Origin: a virus
Lineage: Duplodnaviria; Caudoviricetes
Length of the DNA stretch: 64,000 nt
IMG/VR virus record: IMGVR_UViG_3300021256_000072
Coordinates: 32,001 to 96,000 of that record
Direction: 5' to 3' (one strand)
In this document: positions 59,270-64,000 of the stretch, piece after piece
Layout of the letters: each line of letters begins with the position of its first letter
Numbering within the stretch: position 1 is the first letter of the stretch
Notes under the pieces: model-generated
Databases searched by the model: none
What the model saw: the letters and a program-made list of their open reading frames with translations, nothing else
Told to the model about the DNA's origin: nothing
Program-made: the position numbers and the translations under genes

Positions 59270-59706
59270 TACTTTTTTCTAAACTCAGAACGAGCATCGA
59301 AAACGACTTTCTGATTATTAAGTGCTGCAGCTGTAGAGACTTCACCGCTCTGCAATGCTTTGTTAGCAGCTGTAGAGACTTTACCGCTCTGCAATGCTTT
59401 GTTAGCAGCTGTAGAGACTAATGCATAATCATTTGCAGCTGATCTCATCATATTAGATCCTCTCTTACTTATCCAGTTACCAACACTATTATCTCCTATT
59501 GCGTTACCGAGAGATTTTACGCCACTTCCAAGCTTAGTATATCCTATATTTGCATACTTGCTTGCAGTCGCTCCAAGCATACCTTTTCTTGCTCCATAAA
59601 AAGTTCCAAGAGTTGCAGCAGTTCCAAGAACACCTTTTACTAAACCAGAGGTTCCTCCACCCTCTGCATTTTCTTCGCTATAAAATCTTTGTCTTAATAT
59701 TTTCAT
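59263..59706 (-). CDS. Leader-bearing Gly/Ala-rich protein with 13-aa tandem repeat
   Basis: MKILRQRFYS leader; GLVKGVLGTAATLG; VSTAANKALQSG[K/E] repeats. Confidence 0.7.
   Translation of the reverse strand: MKILRQRFYSEENAEGGGTSGLVKGVLGTAATLGTFYGARKGMLGATASKYANIGYTKLGSGVKSLGNAIGDNSVGNWISKRGSNMMRSAANDYALVSTAANKALQSGKVSTAANKALQSGEVSTAAALNNQKVVFDARSEFRKKYW
59327..59419. repeat. 39-bp tandem repeat, 2.4 copies, one mismatch
   Basis: Unit gcagctgtagagact-t[c/t]-accgctctgcaatgctttgtta. Confidence 0.9.
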
Positions 59707-59915
59707 TATCCTTCTTCTTTTAAAGGTTGTCCAGTTATTATATCCCCAGCTTTCTTAGTTGCATAAATACCTCCAGCGGTACCTACTACAGCAGTACCTA
59801 CAGCTAGCGGTTTTGCAACATTCATTACAGCAGTACCAGTATTTTTAATTGCACTTCCAATAGCCGCTGGATTAATAAATGCATATAACTTTCGCTTTAA
59901 AATAAATTTAGACAT
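59706..59915 (-). CDS. Leader-bearing small membrane protein (69 aa; start at 59915, not 59945)
   Basis: MSKFILKRKLYA leader, then AVGTAVVGTAGG. The longer start lies within the terminator hairpin. Confidence 0.65.
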   Translation of the reverse strand: MSKFILKRKLYAFINPAAIGSAIKNTGTAVMNVAKPLAVGTAVVGTAGGIYATKKAGDIITGQPLKEEG

Positions 59916-59931
59916 AAGCGTATTATTAAAG

Positions 59932-59972
59932 AAAAAAGGAACCAATCACATTAATTGTAATTGATTCCTTTT
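59932..59972 (-). terminator. Intrinsic terminator after the major capsid gene
   Basis: Minus strand: GGAATCAATTACA-ATTAA-TGTGATTGGTTCC-U6; pairs fully with G-U only on the minus strand. Confidence 0.8.
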
Positions 59973-60025
59973 ATTTATTAGTTATTCTTTTTACTTAAGG
60001 AGTTTTATTTACAACTCAAAGAATA

Positions 60026-61471
60026 TTAGCCTATTTCAAACTCAACACGCTGTACCAATTCGTTAGCCATAGATCTTACACCCTCCTGATACCAGATACC
60101 AGATACCATCTGGGTAGGATTATTGTAGTTACCTACAGTTGGAGTATCAGTGATTGGCATATAGATACCACGAGCCAAAGGAGCCATTGCGCCATCTGCA
60201 GTCTTGTGGATAGCATAGAATACTGCTCTCTTCTTGTTGTTAACTACAGGCTCTACGATATCAGTAGAACGGAGAACTGGAATACCATCATACCAGCCGA
60301 GCAAGTCGTTGATGTAAGTCATCTTGGTATTCTTCTCGAACTTACCAATCTGTGAAGCTTTCTGGAACTGGTTACAAGCACGTGAGCCAGCAACGTAAGC
60401 AGTAATGTTCACACCTTTAACAGCCTTTTCAGCCAAAGCAGATTCTACGTCTACCAAGTAAGAGTCAAACATGTCAGAACGAGAACGCCATTCTGAGAAC
60501 TTACCGTTAAGTGCAGTTTCAGTCATTGAGAAACCATCTGTATCGGTACCCATGGTCAAGCCGGTGTAGCTATCTTCAAGAGTTCTAACCAAAGTTCTAT
60601 TGATAAGCTTGGTATAGAGTTCACGCAATTTAGTGAACATGAAGGTAGCGATATCAACGTTGAGGTCCTTCTTAGAAGCTGCAATAGAGGCGATGTTAGT
60701 TTCAGCCATCAAAGTATCAGGCACGGTAGCGAGATACAACTGCTGCATCTTAGCAAGGAATCTCTTGTCATTTGCATGAGCGTTAGATGCGCCATTAGTG
60801 TTGCAAGGAGTACCAGTTACATCTTCCTTACCCAAAACGGTAATAACTTCAGTAGGATTGGTTACCAAAGTGAAAGCGATAGTACCGTTAAGATAATTGA
60901 TGCTAGATGAAGCGAGCTTATTAGCGATAGACATCAAGCTGCCACGACCATTATCAACCAATTCATAGCTGTCAGTATTTTCAACCAACTTAACACGAAC
61001 TGAACCTGGGATAATCTTACGACCAGTGATAACCTGATAATCTTTAACGCTAGGGTTAGCACTAGGAGTTACTTCAGTAGTGAAGCCACCAGTAGTCTGA
61101 ATATCTGCATAGTTGTCTGGACCCAAGTTAGGGATAACAGTACGCATATCAGTTACACCCAAAACGTCATACCAGTAGAACAATCCGTTTGGATGTTCGA
61201 AATCACGTTCAACTGACATAAAACCAGCGAAAGAGCTTACGTAAGAAGCTACAGTTGCATCAAAATACTGGGTAGACAAAAGTGGGGTTTCTGCATAACC
61301 AGAGAAGGTCTTCTCAAGAAGATTCTTTTCTGAAACATAGTCGTCGGTGCGTGAGAACAACTTGCTATATTCGTTTGCTCTGTGAGTAGCATCGTCAAGT
61401 GATCTAGAAGTACCCATCAAAGCAGATACTAATTGTGGATCATTAAAATATTCTGAATATGTATTATACAT
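60026..61471 (-). CDS. Major capsid protein (HK97 fold, T4 gp23-like)
   Basis: 481 aa after an acidic scaffold. ERDFEHPNGLFYWYD, LGWYDGIPV and ARGIYMP resemble gp23-type segments. Strongly biased codon use and its own terminator. Confidence 0.8.
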   Translation of the reverse strand: MYNTYSEYFNDPQLVSALMGTSRSLDDATHRANEYSKLFSRTDDYVSEKNLLEKTFSGYAETPLLSTQYFDATVASYVSSFAGFMSVERDFEHPNGLFYWYDVLGVTDMRTVIPNLGPDNYADIQTTGGFTTEVTPSANPSVKDYQVITGRKIIPGSVRVKLVENTDSYELVDNGRGSLMSIANKLASSSINYLNGTIAFTLVTNPTEVITVLGKEDVTGTPCNTNGASNAHANDKRFLAKMQQLYLATVPDTLMAETNIASIAASKKDLNVDIATFMFTKLRELYTKLINRTLVRTLEDSYTGLTMGTDTDGFSMTETALNGKFSEWRSRSDMFDSYLVDVESALAEKAVKGVNITAYVAGSRACNQFQKASQIGKFEKNTKMTYINDLLGWYDGIPVLRSTDIVEPVVNNKKRAVFYAIHKTADGAMAPLARGIYMPITDTPTVGNYNNPTQMVSGIWYQEGVRSMANELVQRVEFEIG

Positions 61472-61497
61472 TTTATGGTATATTTTTTATTTTTAAA

Positions 61498-63729
61498 TTA
61501 TTTTATACTACCGGTAAGCCAAGTTACAAAAGGACTAGAACTAGGTTTTTCGTCGCTATTGAGGACTTCGCAATCAGAGAACTGAGCCTCTTGCAAATCC
61601 TGTTCTTGACCCTGTATAGGAGCTTGTTTAGCTTGAAGAATCTGGTTAGCAACTTCCTGACCAGCCTGCTGAATAGCGTTTACAGTTTGATCAGCAATAT
61701 CTTCGATAGCTTCAACTGAAGGAAGCGCTGGCTGATTTTGCTGACTCTCTACAGATTCAACTGCAATTGGATTACCATTAGCATCAAGGCCTATAGGAGC
61801 TGGGTTACCCTCTGCATCAAACAATTGAACTACATCCTGCTGCTGTGCTGATTGAATATCTGCGAAGTACTTATTGAGCATTGAAGTAGTTGTTGAAGTA
61901 GGTTCTGAATATTCCTTCTCCTCTTCTTTATCCTCGTCCTCGTCAGTATCTTCTACGCTAAGACCTTCAGTAAGCTTGTCGGCTACTTCTTCACTAATAG
62001 GGTTTGTATTTATGGTATCGTCGTCCATAATAGCCATAGTGAACTCGCCTGACTTCTTGTCTTCAATAACTGCTATTTCATCATCTACTGGAGTAATAAC
62101 TACATCATCGTCTTCGATCTGTTCACCAGTTTCAATAGCTGATTCAATATCGTTTTCATCAGCTTCACCAGAGAACAAGCGCTCCTGATAACCTGTCAAC
62201 TCTTCAGACTCAGAGAAGAACTTAGTTTCATCATCACTAACGTAGACATCTTCGTCATCTAAATCTGAGTAAAGACGGTAGTCATCTTCAGCATCTTCAT
62301 CACAATAAAGATCACCGCAGTCAGAATACATTGACTCGTTTAAATAGAGATCATCTTCGTCATCTAAATCTGAGTAAAGACGGTAGTCATCCTCGTCATA
62401 GTAATCTGAGTACTCTTTTTCCTCTTCATCCTCGTCGTCTTCGTCTTCATCCTTGACATAAAGACCCTCCATTAGATCATCAGCTTCGTCTTCCGAAATA
62501 GCTTTGCAGTCCAATTCATCACCATCAATAGTAACTTTAGTGAACTCGCCAGTCTCTTTGTCTTCGATAACTGCAGTTTCACTATCTACTGGAGTGATAA
62601 TTTCGCCATCTTTTTCAATCTGCTCCCCATTTTCGATAGCATCTTCAATTTCGTTTTGTGAAGTCTCGATACCCTCTTCAGCCTCAGAATACAATCTTTC
62701 CATATATTCTGTACGACTTGAATAGAACTTAGTACAGTAAACGACATGATCTGAGAACTCAGTCTGAACTGGCTCTTCAATATCATCAGCATTTTCTGCA
62801 CCTAGAGACTGTAATAAATCGATGGCATAATCTCTAGCTTGGTCTTGATCTTCAAAGATCTCAACGGCTTCTACACCACCTGCAGTGAGTTGGTCTACGA
62901 GTTCCTGAGCAGAATCTAACTCGTATTCTGGAGCATCAACAATTACATGGTTCACTGGATCTACACCAACTACATGAAGAGCCTCATACTGCTCTTCGTT
63001 GCTGAATGATCTCTCGTCACCACCGTCTTTTGAAGATAACTCGTCTATTTGCATTTCATCATTGGTAAGCGTTACTTTCGCTTGATCACCTGTTGACTTA
63101 GAGGTTACGACTACTGAATCATCGTCTACTTTCTCAATTTTAAGATCACCTACATTTGCAGTCTCCTCACTTTCAATAACTTCTGAGAAAACTCTCTCGC
63201 AAAACTCCTGATCAGAGAAAATCTTTAATACGATACTGTTGTCAGTAAAAACGCTAAATTCACGTTCATCACAACTGCCATCACAAGGAGCTCCTACGCC
63301 TGCTGCGTGTTCCTCGACAGTTGGCTCGAAACCTGCCATAGGGTTTAAACCTCCATCTGGAGCGTTTGGTGAAATAACTCCAGTCTCAAGATGTGACCAC
63401 AGATCTTCATCTTCTGCACTTGGGAAATGTCCTGGGATAGTGCCATCTACTTCCGGATGGGCAAATCTCTCTAGATTTTTCGTAGGAGCAGCGTAAAGAT
63501 CAAAATTACCATCTTCAGCCTGTTCTGCAATCGTTACTTCACCGTTATCTTTATCAATAACAGAGACACTGCCATCTCCGTTATCTTCATATCGAACTTC
63601 ATCTGTATCTACGGCACCATTTTTCTTAGCATCCTGTATATCCTGTGCTACCTGTGCCAATAGCTCTTCGTCCTTTTCATCTGTTGCAGAGAAAAGTCTA
63701 GACATAAATCTAGTTTTAGTAGTATTCAT
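61498..63729 (-). CDS. Acidic prohead scaffold/core protein with repeated domains
   Basis: 743 aa, very Asp/Glu-rich, directly upstream of the capsid gene. Four related ~55-65 aa units; 16 [FY]S sites. Confidence 0.7.
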   Translation of the reverse strand: MNTTKTRFMSRLFSATDEKDEELLAQVAQDIQDAKKNGAVDTDEVRYEDNGDGSVSVIDKDNGEVTIAEQAEDGNFDLYAAPTKNLERFAHPEVDGTIPGHFPSAEDEDLWSHLETGVISPNAPDGGLNPMAGFEPTVEEHAAGVGAPCDGSCDEREFSVFTDNSIVLKIFSDQEFCERVFSEVIESEETANVGDLKIEKVDDDSVVVTSKSTGDQAKVTLTNDEMQIDELSSKDGGDERSFSNEEQYEALHVVGVDPVNHVIVDAPEYELDSAQELVDQLTAGGVEAVEIFEDQDQARDYAIDLLQSLGAENADDIEEPVQTEFSDHVVYCTKFYSSRTEYMERLYSEAEEGIETSQNEIEDAIENGEQIEKDGEIITPVDSETAVIEDKETGEFTKVTIDGDELDCKAISEDEADDLMEGLYVKDEDEDDEDEEEKEYSDYYDEDDYRLYSDLDDEDDLYLNESMYSDCGDLYCDEDAEDDYRLYSDLDDEDVYVSDDETKFFSESEELTGYQERLFSGEADENDIESAIETGEQIEDDDVVITPVDDEIAVIEDKKSGEFTMAIMDDDTINTNPISEEVADKLTEGLSVEDTDEDEDKEEEKEYSEPTSTTTSMLNKYFADIQSAQQQDVVQLFDAEGNPAPIGLDANGNPIAVESVESQQNQPALPSVEAIEDIADQTVNAIQQAGQEVANQILQAKQAPIQGQEQDLQEAQFSDCEVLNSDEKPSSSPFVTWLTGSIK
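62247..62391. repeat. Perfect 40-bp direct repeat (62247-62286 and 62352-62391) encoding DDYRLYSDLDDED
   Basis: catcttcgtcatctaaatctgagtaaagacggtagtcatc occurs twice. Confidence 0.9.
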
Positions 63730-63759
63730 ACTTTTTTATGATTCTTCTATTTTGTTTAT

Positions 63760-64000
63760 TTATAAAACACTCACATGGTCTCCACTGATTCGAATGATTC
63801 CACGATTTTTCAGAAGATCTAAAATACCTGATGGAGCATCCGGATAACGATCTTCAATTGTACTCTTGAATGAAGGATACTCTAAGGTAGAACCCCCAAA
63901 CTCTGCTCTTAAGTCATTTAAAATGCCAGAGTCTTCAGCCCAGCTACCTAGACTGCATGATGGTTCTGAATCAAGCCCGTGAGCCTTCTTAATCATTATA
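63760..64000 (-). CDS. Hypothetical protein, possibly the 3' part of a longer gene starting outside the window
   Basis: Frame is open to the window edge; ATG at 63996 may be internal. Confidence 0.5.
   Translation of the reverse strand, partial: IMIKKAHGLDSEPSCSLGSWAEDSGILNDLRAEFGGSTLEYPSFKSTIEDRYPDAPSGILDLLKNRGIIRISGDHVSVL

Noticed and set aside
53342-59915. Small membrane proteins as a holin/spanin lysis cassette or secreted bacteriocin cluster
   Set aside because: No adjacent endolysin, lipoprotein signal, double-glycine leader or ABC exporter. The leader motif links them to scaffold and capsid instead. Disfavoured, not formally excluded.
59327-62391. Direct repeats as possible CRISPR arrays
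   Set aside because: Only 2-3 copies, in frame within coding regions, no series of unique spacers and no cas genes.
62586-62801. Same-strand alternate-frame ORFs inside the scaffold (62586-62801) and inside the 1727-aa gene (15921-16112)
   Set aside because: Short frame shadows of biased coding sequence, with no independent support.
1442-63496. Many short plus-strand ORFs (e.g. 1736-2224, 45445-46035, 53379-53825, 61874-62188) and short minus-strand ORFs 27087-27305 and 29345-29539
   Set aside because: They lie antisense to long, well-supported genes and have Ser/Ile/Phe-rich shadow composition with no recognisable motifs.
1-64000. Alternative genetic code (TAG or TGA recoding)
   Set aside because: Standard-code ORFs tile the window densely up to 1727 aa, and TAG and TGA end genes at sensible junctions.

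Overview
This window is the virion morphogenesis region of a large, AT-rich, contractile-tailed (T4-like) phage. Nearly all genes are on the minus strand. Read in transcription order (high to low coordinates) it holds: an acidic scaffold/core protein; the major capsid protein; about 17 small basic proteins, many with glycine zippers; the tail sheath; neck proteins; a second sheath-like protein; the tail tube; a tail chaperone pair; a tape measure protein with a lysozyme domain; baseplate hub, spike and wedge genes; and large fibre/receptor-binding genes, including a metallophosphoesterase fusion, with a GT2 glycosyltransferase among them. A 3-gene plus-strand island (SF2 helicase-like protein, formate/nitrite channel, small ORF) interrupts the baseplate genes behind a spacer rich in inverted repeats. 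A Bacteroidota host is inferred from the lack of Shine-Dalgarno sequences and from BACON-like modules. The most striking unexplained signal is a [KR]-x-[FY]-[S/A/T/G] motif. It occurs 13 times in the scaffold, clusters in the capsid protein N-terminus, and ends a shared basic N-terminal leader (e.g. MIKFRQKEFS) on about 14 small proteins. This suggests a leader-plus-cargo system that packages membrane-active proteins into the head and matures them with a protease of unusual specificity. Other notable items are a D-arm-less tRNA-like element ending in CCA, a candidate +1/-2 frameshift in the tail chaperone, and a duplicated promoter-plus-leader cassette with variable cargo. All functional calls come from reading motifs and gene order by eye; no database searches were run.
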